Source: Bacteriovoracia bacterium (GTDB lineage Bacteria; Bdellovibrionota; UBA1018; CAIPTA01). From it: 64,000 nt of DNA. Position numbers and translations under genes: made by a program. Shown piece after piece: positions 18,397 through 27,973 of this stretch. Under the pieces are notes generated by a model. The model had not been told where the DNA came from. It ran no database searches and saw only the letters and a list, made by a program, of their open reading frames with translations. The DNA lies in NCBI GenBank assembly GCA_050246755.1, contig JBFWVL010000004.1:64001-128000 (forward strand), given 5' to 3'. Within the stretch, counting starts at the first letter, position 1. Each line of letters opens with the position of its first letter.

Positions 18397-20693
18397 GGGG
18401 AGCCCTCCTTCATGCGCCACTGGGTTAGGAAAAACACCGAGAAGGCGCTGAGCGGCATCAGAACCGCCGCCCATAGTGGCTGCATCAGGCCCATCACGGC
18501 CAATATGCCCGCCAGTAAGTTATAGGAGAATGTTACCGCGAAGTTGAGGCGGATTACTCGCATCGCCTTCTCGGATAAATTGCGCGCGTCGAGGAGGCTT
18601 TCTAAACCGGGGCGAGTTAAAACGACGTCGCAATTGCGAATACCGAGATCAATGGATCCTTGCACGGCGATTCCAACGCCCGCCGTCTGGAAGGCGATCG
18701 CATCGTTAGCTCCGTCTCCGACCATTGCGGAATCTTTCGCCGCGCCCACGAGCCTCGCTTTATCTTCTGGCTTTAAATCTCCGTGCCAGTCGGAAACCCC
18801 GACGCTCGCCGCCACTTTAGAAACGTTTTCGGCATGATCGCCGGAGAGAATCGCGGCGGTAATTCCTTTTTTTGCCAACGAGGAAATTACCATCTGCGAT
18901 CCGGCCCGCACGGAATCACCTAGGATAACTTCCGCCTCCAGGCGGCCGTTCGCCAGAATTTCCACTATGTTTTGCCCGGGGGCGGTGCGTGCGGATTTTC
19001 CTATCCGCCAGCTATTTCCTTCAAACTCCCCCGATACTCCGTACCCAGGAAGTTCCTGCGCCTCTGCCGGCGATCTTCCGATACCTTCCGCTGCACAAAA
19101 ACGCGTGATGGCTTTGCCAACGGGATGGAGTGACGCCCCCTCTAACGCTAGGGCGGCACGTTTGGTAGCGTGGCCGAATCGGCCCACCTGACGCCATTCG
19201 CGCACCTCGAAATTTCCGGTGGTGATGGTTCCGGTTTTATCAAAAAAAATGTTCTTCACCTTCGCGAGCTCTTCGAGCTTGCCGGGGGTTACGAATAAAA
19301 TGCCGTTACGGGCGGCAATCTGCATGGCGCGCGTAAAGGCCAGCGGGACGGCGAAGGCCAGCACGCAGGGGCAGGTCACTATTACGAGCGCCAAAGCGCG
19401 GCGCACGCCCTCTTCTCCAGGAAATACTAGGAGGAGCAATGCACTACCCAGCAAGGAGGCCGCGACGAAATATTTTCCCAGGCGGTCAGCAAAATCCAGC
19501 GAGGGAGATCTTTCCATTTGGTAAGACCTGATTTTTTCCAGAATCAGGGCCAAACGGCTTTCAGATGCTTTGCGGTCGGCGCGAAGGCGGGAGCTGGATT
19601 CACGCAGTACGGCGCCCGCCTCTATCCGGTCGCCCGCCCGGAAGGTAAGCGGAAGGCTTTCTCCGGTTAGCAGAGATAAGTCGAAATGAGATTTTGGGTC
19701 GAGAAGGACGGCGTCTACGGGCAATGCTTGGTCCGTCATCAGGATAAATTCGTCGCCGATATCGATGTCGGGAGCTTTTATTGGGCCTGGTCTAGGCGAA
19801 ACGCGTAAGTATTTTTCACCCGCGAGGAAGGTTAGGAAGTTGCTGTCCTTTGCCAGGCTCTCCCGAAATTTCATTAGAAGGTAGCGGCTGCTTAAAAGCA
19901 GAAATACCAGCATCGAGAGGGAGTCGAAGTATACTTGCCCGGGAATTTCCCTGACTATTCCCCACACGCTCATGACGGAACCTGCCGCCAAGGCGGAAGC
20001 GATGGCCAAATCTACGGAAATTCGTCCTTTAGCTAGCGGGAGAAAAGATGCTTTATAAATTGGCCAGGCCGAATAGGTAAGGACGGGAAGGGCTAGCACG
20101 AAACTAAGCCATCCGAAGCGTCGGCTCCAAAACGGATCGGTTCCGGCGTACACGGCCACGCTCAGCAGCATTATATTGCCTGAGCAAAAGGCCGCCACGC
20201 CGATCCGCGCCAGCTGGCGCTGTGCATCTCTGCGCCGAATCGGAGCGAGTCCGTCCGCGCGGATAGGTTTAGCGGAATATCCAAGCTGCCGGATCAATCG
20301 AGAAACGTCTGGCCAGGAAATTTGATCGCCAATTTCCACCTCCAGGAGCTGGTGGGCAAAGTCGAGGCTGGAGGAAAGAATGCGTGGGTCGATTTCCGGG
20401 AGCTTTTCTAGGAGCCATAAGCACCCGAGACAATGAATTCCTTCGAGATAAAATTTTTCTTTTTTTTCTGAGCTCTCTTCAAGGAGATGCTCTTGAGGCG
20501 AGAGCGAACCCGCAGAAATCGGAGCTGGTTTCTTGAAGGAATACCGATCTCGTAGCGTGTAAAAGTGTTCTAGGCCTCTTTCCACCAAAAGGGAGTGAAC
20601 GCTTTCGCAGCCCGCGCAGCAAAAAAGCACGTCGCCGGCCACGGCAAGGCCGCAGTGCTGGCAGCAGCGTTCTGTCTTCAGGTTTACATGCAT
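18393..20693 (-). CDS. ccoI: CcoI/FixI heavy-metal P1B-type ATPase
   Basis: CQHCG..FCCAGC, HCLGC, TGES, CPC, DKTGT, GDGAND. Confidence 0.92.
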   Translation of the reverse strand: MHVNLKTERCCQHCGLAVAGDVLFCCAGCESVHSLLVERGLEHFYTLRDRYSFKKPAPISAGSLSPQEHLLEESSEKKEKFYLEGIHCLGCLWLLEKLPEIDPRILSSSLDFAHQLLEVEIGDQISWPDVSRLIRQLGYSAKPIRADGLAPIRRRDAQRQLARIGVAAFCSGNIMLLSVAVYAGTDPFWSRRFGWLSFVLALPVLTYSAWPIYKASFLPLAKGRISVDLAIASALAAGSVMSVWGIVREIPGQVYFDSLSMLVFLLLSSRYLLMKFRESLAKDSNFLTFLAGEKYLRVSPRPGPIKAPDIDIGDEFILMTDQALPVDAVLLDPKSHFDLSLLTGESLPLTFRAGDRIEAGAVLRESSSRLRADRKASESRLALILEKIRSYQMERSPSLDFADRLGKYFVAASLLGSALLLLVFPGEEGVRRALALVIVTCPCVLAFAVPLAFTRAMQIAARNGILFVTPGKLEELAKVKNIFFDKTGTITTGNFEVREWRQVGRFGHATKRAALALEGASLHPVGKAITRFCAAEGIGRSPAEAQELPGYGVSGEFEGNSWRIGKSARTAPGQNIVEILANGRLEAEVILGDSVRAGSQMVISSLAKKGITAAILSGDHAENVSKVAASVGVSDWHGDLKPEDKARLVGAAKDSAMVGDGANDAIAFQTAGVGIAVQGSIDLGIRNCDVVLTRPGLESLLDARNLSEKAMRVIRLNFAVTFSYNLLAGILAVMGLMQPLWAAVLMPLSAFSVFFLTQWRMKEGSP

Positions 20694-20705
20694 TTATCTG
20701 GGCAT

Positions 20706-20721
20706 TGCAGAACCCGTGCCC
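20706..20721 (-). promoter_or_regulatory. sigma-54 promoter of the cco operon
   Basis: Minus strand GGGCACGGGTTCTGCA. Confidence 0.65.
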
Positions 20722-20784
20722 AAAACTTCGCCCGTAATTCTGATATTTTTTGAGGGCAGGAGACAGACTGGCTCAAAGTAGGAA

Positions 20785-20811
20785 ATGCATGAGACAAACC
20801 GTCTCATGCAT
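20785..20811. promoter_or_regulatory. Perfect palindrome, candidate enhancer (UAS)
   Basis: ATGCATGAGAC-AAACC-GTCTCATGCAT between divergent sigma-54 boxes. Confidence 0.65.
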
Positions 20812-20844
20812 CTGGGCGTCTCGTTCTCGAGGCGGTCTAGGCCC

Positions 20845-20860
20845 TGGTCCCGTTTTTGCG
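20845..20860 (+). promoter_or_regulatory. sigma-54 promoter
   Basis: TGGTCCCGTTTTTGCG upstream of the CBS gene at 20884. Confidence 0.6.
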
Positions 20861-20883
20861 TTGCTTATCGCCAAGGAGACACC

Positions 20884-21372
20884 ATGAATAACCCAACCCT
20901 AAAAGATACTATGTCGAAGTCCGTGATATCGGTGCGTTGGAACCATTCCATGCAGCTGGCGGCGGAATTGATGGCGCGTAAAAGAATCCGGCATCTGCCC
21001 GTAATCGGCGACGACGGCGCGGTAGTGGGAATTCTTTCGGATCGAGACGTAAAGCGAGCCTTAGACCCGATTTACTCTGCGTATAGCCCGCGTAGCCAGG
21101 TGAGTGACTATATGAATTGGCCCGTGCTCACCAAATCCGATGGTGCACCGCTATTAGAGGTAGTGGACTTGATGATAAAAGAAAAAATTTCTTCCGTTAT
21201 CATCACGAAATCTGGAGCCATGCTGGGAATTATTACCAGCGAAGATTTGCTGGTATTACTCCGGGATTTACTTACCCAGGAAAATAGAAATCCCGCGCTG
21301 CTTCTTACCGACCTTACGACTTCCCCGTTTTTTGTCGAAGCCGTTCGCGAAGCGAATGCCGCCGGAATTTAA
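20884..21372 (+). CDS. CBS domain pair protein
   Basis: IRHLPVI..VVGILSDRD, GIITSEDLL; ATG 20884 with GGAG SD. Confidence 0.88.
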   Translation: MNNPTLKDTMSKSVISVRWNHSMQLAAELMARKRIRHLPVIGDDGAVVGILSDRDVKRALDPIYSAYSPRSQVSDYMNWPVLTKSDGAPLLEVVDLMIKEKISSVIITKSGAMLGIITSEDLLVLLRDLLTQENRNPALLLTDLTTSPFFVEAVREANAAGI

Positions 21373-21427
21373 TTTGGCATGGGAATTGAAGAGTGATGAG
21401 TAAGCACTTTTACAAAAAATGGAGGAA

Positions 21428-21667
21428 ATGATGCCAAGCAAGACAGCCATCGTACCAAACCGAGCGAACGCAGTGCCTTTGAAATTTAATCAAAAGAAAA
21501 TGGTGAGGGCGGAGACCGGCCCGTCTTTCTACGAGGTGGAGTTCCTGCGTCAGATGAAAGAAGAGCTGGAAATTTTTTTGCGTTCTAAAAATTTTAGCAC
21601 CATCAAAGAATTTGAAATCGCGTTTAGCGGCGATGCGTACGAAGGCTTGATGCAGGTGCATGTGTAA
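21428..21667 (+). CDS. Small hypothetical protein
   Basis: GGAGG SD; immediately upstream of the beta-CASP gene. Confidence 0.5.
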   Translation: MMPSKTAIVPNRANAVPLKFNQKKMVRAETGPSFYEVEFLRQMKEELEIFLRSKNFSTIKEFEIAFSGDAYEGLMQVHV

Positions 21668-21675
21668 GGAAGACA

Positions 21676-23049
21676 ATGCCAGTTTCCCTCCAATTTTTGG
21701 GCGCGGCGGGTACCGTAACCGGATCCCGGCATCTTATCGAATTCGATGGCCGGCGCATTCTGGTGGATTGCGGGCTATTCCAAGGCCTGAAAGAGCTCCG
21801 GCTTCAGAACCACGCCCCTTTTCCCGTAGATCCTTCTTCCATCGAAGCGGTCATTCTAACCCACGCGCATTTAGATCATAGTGGTTATTTGCCCGTACTG
21901 GTGAAGAACGGATTTCGCGGAAAAATCTATTGCACGGCGCCTACCCACGAGCTCGCCCGAATTTTATTGCTGGACGCCGCTAGCATTGAGGAAGAAGACG
22001 CAGAATATGCGAATGAAAAAGGTTATTCTAAGCATAGCCCGGCCTTACCTTTATTTAATGTGGCTGATGTGCACCGGGCATTAAAGGCGCTGGAAGCGTT
22101 GCCCCTTGAACAGTGGCACCAGCAAATCCCCGGGCTTGAATTCCGATTTAAGAACAGCGGGCATATCGTTGGTTCGGCCTTTGTGGAAATTGAAGTAAGC
22201 GGGAAGAGAATAGTGTTCTCCGGGGATCTCGGCAGGCGGGAGCCGATACTTTTATTGCCCAGGGAGCTTATCGGGAAAGCCGATTTTTTGATTTTAGAAT
22301 CTACTTACGGCGACCGGCTTCATTCCAGGGAACCGGTGCTGGATGCTCTGGCGAAAATTGTTTTGGCTACGATAGCCAAGAAAGGCCAGTTGCTGATCCC
22401 AAGTTTCGCCGTGGGCCGCGCGCAGGACCTGCTTCAGCTGCTTGCCATCTTGAAGAACGAAAGCCGGATCCCTAATATTCCGGTCTATTTGGACAGCCCG
22501 ATGGCTGATTCTGCCACGGACGTGTATCAGCGCCATCATGACTGGCGGATGAGAAAGCTGGGGGAGGATGGCAAGCTCGATTTTACGAACGTCGCCACCA
22601 CGGTGCAAAGCCGGCAGCAATCGAAGGATCTGCTTAGCACAAGACAAAGCTCCATCGTGATAGCCGGCAGCGGGATGGTTACGGGCGGCAGAATTCTGCA
22701 CCATCTTGCCGGCCGCGTCTGGGATCCTAAAAATACCGTGCTGCTCGTGGGGTTTCAGGCGGAGGGGACTAGGGGCCGCCAGCTGAGGGAAGGGGCGCCC
22801 GAGATCAAAATGCACGGCCAGTATTTTCGCGTGGGCGCGGAGATTCGTGAGCTCACCGGCCTTTCGGCGCACGCGGACCAGGGAGAAATTCTCGATTGGC
22901 TAAAGGGATTTACCAGGAAGCCGGCGACCACGTTTATCGTGCACGGTGAACCCCAGCCCGCCGATTTTCTCCGGATAAAAGTCCGGGATGAATTTGGGGG
23001 AAAGGTGATTGTGCCCAAGCAGCTGGAAAAATTCATTCTCGTAGAATAA
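21676..23049 (+). CDS. MBL-fold beta-CASP ribonuclease (YSH1-like)
   Basis: GAAGTVTGS, THAHLDH, SGDLG, ESTYG, GMVTGGRILHH, SAHAD, VHGE. Confidence 0.93.
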   Translation: MPVSLQFLGAAGTVTGSRHLIEFDGRRILVDCGLFQGLKELRLQNHAPFPVDPSSIEAVILTHAHLDHSGYLPVLVKNGFRGKIYCTAPTHELARILLLDAASIEEEDAEYANEKGYSKHSPALPLFNVADVHRALKALEALPLEQWHQQIPGLEFRFKNSGHIVGSAFVEIEVSGKRIVFSGDLGRREPILLLPRELIGKADFLILESTYGDRLHSREPVLDALAKIVLATIAKKGQLLIPSFAVGRAQDLLQLLAILKNESRIPNIPVYLDSPMADSATDVYQRHHDWRMRKLGEDGKLDFTNVATTVQSRQQSKDLLSTRQSSIVIAGSGMVTGGRILHHLAGRVWDPKNTVLLVGFQAEGTRGRQLREGAPEIKMHGQYFRVGAEIRELTGLSAHADQGEILDWLKGFTRKPATTFIVHGEPQPADFLRIKVRDEFGGKVIVPKQLEKFILVE

Positions 23050-23060
23050 CTGGAGGTTTC

Positions 23061-23450
23061 ATGAAGATTGCGGCATTTTTATTTCTATTGGTCCTGGCTG
23101 AGCTCACTTCTTTTGCGGGCGAAGAGAGTGCTAAGCCTTGGAGTGACCTGATCGAAAGCGATTTAGGAAAATTTTCCGTATCCGTGCGGCCGGCGCAAAA
23201 GAAAATTGAGGTGAAAAAAGTAGCCGGCACCGAAAAATCTCCGCCTCACCTACGGGTGAAAATTCTACGGGGTCAGGATCGGCCCCTGGAGCTGAGGCTG
23301 AAGACGATCGAGAGAGCGGATGCTCCCCTCTACTATACGGGAAAAACAAAGATGTGGAATGAGTCTTATATGGGGGTAGAAGTTGAATTTAGCTTTGACA
23401 AGAAAACCTGGCGTAAGCTTGGCAGCGTATTCCGGAAAGTGATTCCCTAA
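23061..23450 (+). CDS. Secreted hypothetical protein
   Basis: Signal peptide; GGAGG SD. Confidence 0.65.
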   Translation: MKIAAFLFLLVLAELTSFAGEESAKPWSDLIESDLGKFSVSVRPAQKKIEVKKVAGTEKSPPHLRVKILRGQDRPLELRLKTIERADAPLYYTGKTKMWNESYMGVEVEFSFDKKTWRKLGSVFRKVIP

Positions 23451-23454
23451 ACTT

Positions 23455-24324
23455 TCACGCGAAGCCAACCCACGCTCCCGCAAGTGCCAGGCACGCCAAG
23501 GTAGCGGAAAATAAAGTGACGGCCGCGCCGAATTTTCCGCCGCCCCTGACTAAAGCCAAGATTGTTTTAGCGCCAAGGCTGGCGCACATTGCGGTTACCA
23601 GCATCCATAAAGCTTGGCGCGTTTCTATCTGACCCTCCGTGAAAAGAGTAGCGGTGGCCAGAGATAGTGCGTGCAGCTCGAAGAGACCGGAAATACCGGC
23701 GGACGCGAGGCGCCCAAAATTGCCGGCATGCTTTTGGCCCAGGGCGATCAGCCCAAGAATTAGGGCCAAAAATAAGGACAGGCGCATGACTGCCTGGAGG
23801 CTTGGCGGCGCCGGTGGAAACGGAAAAGGCGGGCATTTCTCCGGTCTGGAGAGGAAGATGATGGTGCCTGCGCCTACGGCAATAGGAGCGAATACTAGGG
23901 CCGCTAGAGGCATGAACAAAGTGGGTGCAGCTATCACCACGATTACAAACATTTCCGAAATGGAAGCAAGTTGCCCGCTCATCGCCCTTATGGTGAGCGG
24001 CCGCCAGGCATCTGGGTTGATCCGCGCTAGCTTAGCGGCGCTCAGTATCAAAACTGTGCTGGATATGAGTCCGGAGAGAAATCCAATGACTAGGTTGCTC
24101 TCCTGGCCTTTGATTTTAGTGGTAACGTAAAAGCTAAAATATTCAATGGCGGTAATGAGCAGCACGATTGATATAAATTTCTTCGGGTTAAAAATTCCCC
24201 AATGGTCGATCACTTGATCCTCCAGGAGGAAATAAAGCAAGAGGCCGGTGCAAAACAAAAGAGGCGGAAGTAAAAGCCTGGCCACTTTTGTTTTGCGCCC
24301 AGCCATGATCGAGAGATCTTTCAC
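23455..24324 (-). CDS. DUF4010 domain membrane protein (no MgtC N-domain)
   Basis: DHWGIFNPKK..IVLLITAI, GFLSGLISST, SGLFELHA. Confidence 0.7.
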   Translation of the reverse strand: MKDLSIMAGRKTKVARLLLPPLLFCTGLLLYFLLEDQVIDHWGIFNPKKFISIVLLITAIEYFSFYVTTKIKGQESNLVIGFLSGLISSTVLILSAAKLARINPDAWRPLTIRAMSGQLASISEMFVIVVIAAPTLFMPLAALVFAPIAVGAGTIIFLSRPEKCPPFPFPPAPPSLQAVMRLSLFLALILGLIALGQKHAGNFGRLASAGISGLFELHALSLATATLFTEGQIETRQALWMLVTAMCASLGAKTILALVRGGGKFGAAVTLFSATLACLALAGAWVGFA

Positions 24325-24334
24325 TTACGAGGGC

Positions 24335-25783
24335 CTAGTCATTGCCATTGAGATCGCCGGCTTTGGCGAGGTCTTCTTCTTCTGGAGAGTCGGCAGGAAC
24401 CAGCCCTAACTCACGCTCTTTCCGATACAAAGTACGGCGGTTGATACCGAGAATTTGGGCGGCCTTATCTTTTCGGCCGGCTGTTTTTTCCAAAATTACT
24501 CGGATATAGCGCTCTTCAAGCTGAGCCACGGTAGGGAAGTCTTCGATCGCTCCCGAAAAAAATGTCTCCGGATTCTGGGTCTCTTGGCTGGGAAGATCTT
24601 CTTCGTCGATCAATGAATGCGTGCAGAGGACCACGGCCCGCTCTACCACGTTTTCAAGCTCTCTCACGTTTCCTTCCCATTTTAGGCCCATGAGCTTAGC
24701 CATGGCGCGTTTGCTGAAGCCTTTCACTTTTGCATTATTCACGGCAGAATATTTTTTCAAAAAATGTTCGGCCAGCAGAGGGATGTCGTCGCGGCGGCTG
24801 CGCAAGGAGGGGATCACGATGGGAATCACGCTAAGCCGGTAGTAGAGATCCTCGCGAAACCGGCCTTCGCGGATTGCGGCCTTGAGATCCTTGTGAGTGG
24901 CGGCCACGATTCTTACATCTACGGGGCGATCCACGTTCTCTCCTACTGCCCGTACTTTTCTTTCTTGAATTACCCGCAGCAATTTCGACTGGAGCAGCGG
25001 ATTCATATCTCCGATTTCATCCAAAAAAAGCGTTCCGCCTTCGGCTTCTTCGAAGAGGCCGCGTTTTCGCTGGATCGCGCCGGTAAAGGAGCCTTTGGCG
25101 TGGCCGAAAAGCTCGCTTTCCAGGAGGCTTTCCGGGATTGCCGTGCAATTGATCGCGATAAAAGGCTTATTGGCGCGCGGCCCGCTCTCATGAATCGCCC
25201 GGGCGACCATTTCTTTACCCGAGCCGCTCTCACCGGTGATCAGCACATTGGCGGTAGCATGGGAAACCCTGGCTACCAAATCGAAGATCGCCTTCATGGA
25301 GGCGCTTTTGCCGATCACCTTTCCCATCGAAAAGAATTTTTTTACTTCCTGTCGCAAGGCCGTATTGTCGCGTTGGAGCTTTCGGTGCTCGGCAGCCCGC
25401 TCTACATTCACGGCCATTTCGGCCAGTTTGAAGGGTTTTACTACGTAATGAAAGGCTCCCCGGCGCATGGCCTCAATCGCCGTTTCGATGCTGCCAAAGG
25501 CGGTAATTAAGATCACCGGAATTTCGGGGCGAAGGTTTTGCAAGCGGGCCGTAAACTCTAGGCCGTCCATTTGTGGCATTTTAATATCAGAAATAATCAG
25601 GTCGATGTCCCCGGCAGGCTGGTCGGCGCCTAATTTTCCACCGGGGCTCAAAGCCTCTAAGGCATCGGTGGCCACCGGGAAGCAGTGGGCCTCGTAGCCT
25701 TCGCTTTCCAAGAAGTCGCTAAGGAGGGAGCGCATCTCTTGCTCGTCGTCCACAATAACAACTCTTCCTTTTTGGCTGGCCAT
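24335..25783 (-). CDS. NtrC-family sigma-54-dependent response regulator
   Basis: REC domain (VDDE, SDIKMP), GESGSGKE, ESELFGH, GSFTGA, LDEIG, FREDLYYRL, GNVREL, Fis HTH. Confidence 0.95.
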   Translation of the reverse strand: MASQKGRVVIVDDEQEMRSLLSDFLESEGYEAHCFPVATDALEALSPGGKLGADQPAGDIDLIISDIKMPQMDGLEFTARLQNLRPEIPVILITAFGSIETAIEAMRRGAFHYVVKPFKLAEMAVNVERAAEHRKLQRDNTALRQEVKKFFSMGKVIGKSASMKAIFDLVARVSHATANVLITGESGSGKEMVARAIHESGPRANKPFIAINCTAIPESLLESELFGHAKGSFTGAIQRKRGLFEEAEGGTLFLDEIGDMNPLLQSKLLRVIQERKVRAVGENVDRPVDVRIVAATHKDLKAAIREGRFREDLYYRLSVIPIVIPSLRSRRDDIPLLAEHFLKKYSAVNNAKVKGFSKRAMAKLMGLKWEGNVRELENVVERAVVLCTHSLIDEEDLPSQETQNPETFFSGAIEDFPTVAQLEERYIRVILEKTAGRKDKAAQILGINRRTLYRKERELGLVPADSPEEEDLAKAGDLNGND

Positions 25784-25820
25784 AGATCGTTCCTTCAAAT
25801 CGGATATAATGTCACCCGAA

Positions 25821-25837
25821 TGAGACAGGATGTCTCA
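25821..25837. promoter_or_regulatory. TGAGAC-N5-GTCTCA palindrome, candidate activator site
   Basis: TGAGAC-AGGAT-GTCTCA in the regulator/kinase intergenic region. Confidence 0.65.
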
Positions 25838-25873
25838 ATTTTCCGGGCTTTCATTACCTTTTTGCTAGTATAG

Positions 25874-25889
25874 AGCAGGGCCTATGCCA
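25874..25889 (-). promoter_or_regulatory. sigma-54 promoter of the regulator gene
   Basis: Minus strand TGGCATAGGCCCTGCT. Confidence 0.65.
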
Positions 25890-25936
25890 AGAGCCAGGTA
25901 GACGTTTTGGCTCGATTTTTGTAGCTTCGAGGGCAG

Positions 25937-27145
25937 ATGCCAAACAGATTCAATGTAGATGATGCCTTCAAGGCCGCCCACCCCGATGCGATGCGGGAAC
26001 TCGCGCTGGTGCGCCATGCGTTAGACCTGAGCGCGATCGTGGCGATTACCGATCGTACCGGCAAGATCATCCACGTAAACGATAAGTTTTGTGAAATTTC
26101 CAAATATGGTCGTGAAGAGCTGATCGGAAAGAATCATCGGATCATTAACTCAGGATATCACGGACGCGATTTTTTTGAGCAAATGTGGAAGAGCATCGCC
26201 ACTGGCCACGTGTGGGAAGGGGAGATCAGAAACCGCGCTAAAGATGGATCTTTTTACTGGGTGAATACCACGATCGTGCCGTTTCTCGGGGAAGACGGAA
26301 AGCCGTACGAGTACGTGTCTATCCGCTACGATATCACGCAGAAGAAACAGGCCGAAGAACAGCTACGGATTTACGCTGATGAGCTAGAGCGTAAAAATAC
26401 CGAGCTCGCTAAATCGGTACAAACCGTGGTCGACCGGGAGTCACAAATATTGATGCAGGATCGCTTGGCTTCGGTAGGTTTGCTGGCCTCGAGCTTGGCT
26501 CACGAAATCGGCACTCCGCTCGGAGTAATCCGCGGCAGAGCCGAGTATTTGGAAATAAAAATGAAAGATAATCCGGAGGCCCTCAAGACCGCCGGAGTAA
26601 TTATTTCCCAGATTGATCGCGTATCAAAGCTCATTCGCTCACTGCTCAATTTGGCCCGCGGCGATAATACGAAGAACGTTCATGCCGTTAAGCCAAAAGA
26701 AATACTGCTCGAGCTCAATGAGCTGATGGCGCATGAGTTTCGAAAGGCCGGAGTCGAATTGGAGTTAGCGCTCACCGAGGAGCAAAAGGTGCTGGCGGAA
26801 ATCGGCCCGCTCCACCAGGTTTTCATGAATCTCCTGGTGAATTCGCAGCATGCCATCGAGACCGCCAAGAGCCTTGGCAGAGATCAGGGACATTTTATTA
26901 GAATTAGCGCCGCGGAAGCAGGAAAATTCTGGGCCATTACATTATCCGATTCTGGTTGCGGGATTTCGGCGGAAAATCAGAAAAAATTATTTCAGCCTTT
27001 TTTCACTACTAAGGATATCGGCAAAGGGACTGGCCTAGGCTTGGCCACGACGTACCGGATTATTGAATCCTGGGGCGGAAAGGTGGAAGTGCAAAGCAGG
27101 GAGGGATCGGGGACGGATTTTATCTTGCTGCTCCCGAAAGCCTAG
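25937..27145 (+). CDS. Cytoplasmic PAS sensor histidine kinase
   Basis: PAS (VNDKFCEISKY..ELIGKNHRII, MW, NRAKDGSFYW), H-box AHEIGTPL, QVFMNLLVN, PFFTTK, GTGLGL; no TM. Confidence 0.93.
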   Translation: MPNRFNVDDAFKAAHPDAMRELALVRHALDLSAIVAITDRTGKIIHVNDKFCEISKYGREELIGKNHRIINSGYHGRDFFEQMWKSIATGHVWEGEIRNRAKDGSFYWVNTTIVPFLGEDGKPYEYVSIRYDITQKKQAEEQLRIYADELERKNTELAKSVQTVVDRESQILMQDRLASVGLLASSLAHEIGTPLGVIRGRAEYLEIKMKDNPEALKTAGVIISQIDRVSKLIRSLLNLARGDNTKNVHAVKPKEILLELNELMAHEFRKAGVELELALTEEQKVLAEIGPLHQVFMNLLVNSQHAIETAKSLGRDQGHFIRISAAEAGKFWAITLSDSGCGISAENQKKLFQPFFTTKDIGKGTGLGLATTYRIIESWGGKVEVQSREGSGTDFILLLPKA

Positions 27146-27501
27146 CTCGCGCGGTCAAAGTATGTTTTTGCCATTGCCGCTATTTGCCCGTCACTAGGAT
27201 GGTCAACCGTTTCCAAGCCCACAATTTTTTTCGCTATGGCCGGATAGTGCTCTACCAGGAATGTCTGGAAATGATGCTTGGCCATGCTCGGGCCCACGAT
27301 AAGCACGCGATCGGAAGCAGAGAGCTCATCTTTGGCTTCGGCGAAAAGCGACTTTTCTTCCCGCTCGTGGTCTAGGTTATCGCGGCGGTGACTATGATGT
27401 TCCTTATGGCCGCCGCGAATTCGTTTACGCTCCATATTTTCCTCCGAAAAGTGGAAGATGCGTGCGTGCTCTCTGTCGATCCAGATAACGGAGACTTTCA
27501 T
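27142..27501 (-). CDS. Small aeRF1/baeRF-like ('translational machinery') protein
   Basis: VIWIDREHARIF, VLIVGPSMAK, IVGLETVDHPSDGQI. Confidence 0.75.
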   Translation of the reverse strand: MKVSVIWIDREHARIFHFSEENMERKRIRGGHKEHHSHRRDNLDHEREEKSLFAEAKDELSASDRVLIVGPSMAKHHFQTFLVEHYPAIAKKIVGLETVDHPSDGQIAAMAKTYFDRAS

Positions 27502-27935
27502 TAGCGTGACTCCTGGCGTTCTGGCGGGTGGGCTTTGCGTTTCGTGTCGTTCAGGATATCGCCGAGCGCGCGCAGGCCATCCGTGGCGGTGAAAATACCG
27601 ATTACCTTCTGATTAGCGTCCTGCACTACGGCGCAGCCGAGTTTCCTGATCGCCATTGTTTCCACCACGTCGCCGATGGGGGCGTCCGGAGAAACAGTGT
27701 AGGGGTCGGGGGTCATGGCGTCGTCGACCATTAGCTGGTTCGTAGGATCGAATGATTCCGCTAGACTCAGGTCCCGATCGGTAATTACTCCCACGAGGTG
27801 GCCCGAAAACTGGACGGGCAAATGCCTAACGCCGTACGTTTTCATCATCGCCTTCGCTTTTTTAATCGGCAACCCGGAATTGACCGTATGGGCCGTCGCC
27901 GTCATATATTGTTTCACGCAGATTTTTTTTCGCAT
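27501..27935 (-). CDS. CBS domain pair protein
   Basis: VRHLPV..LVGVITDRD, GIFTATD; ATG 27935 with GAGGA SD. Confidence 0.88.
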   Translation of the reverse strand: MRKKICVKQYMTATAHTVNSGLPIKKAKAMMKTYGVRHLPVQFSGHLVGVITDRDLSLAESFDPTNQLMVDDAMTPDPYTVSPDAPIGDVVETMAIRKLGCAVVQDANQKVIGIFTATDGLRALGDILNDTKRKAHPPERQESR

Positions 27936-27973
27936 TTTATCCTCATTTTTAAAGCGCTTGCTAAAGCAGACAA

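Noticed and set aside
20694-20883. FNR/FixK box upstream of cco
   Set aside because: No TTGAT-N4-ATCAA match found by eye.
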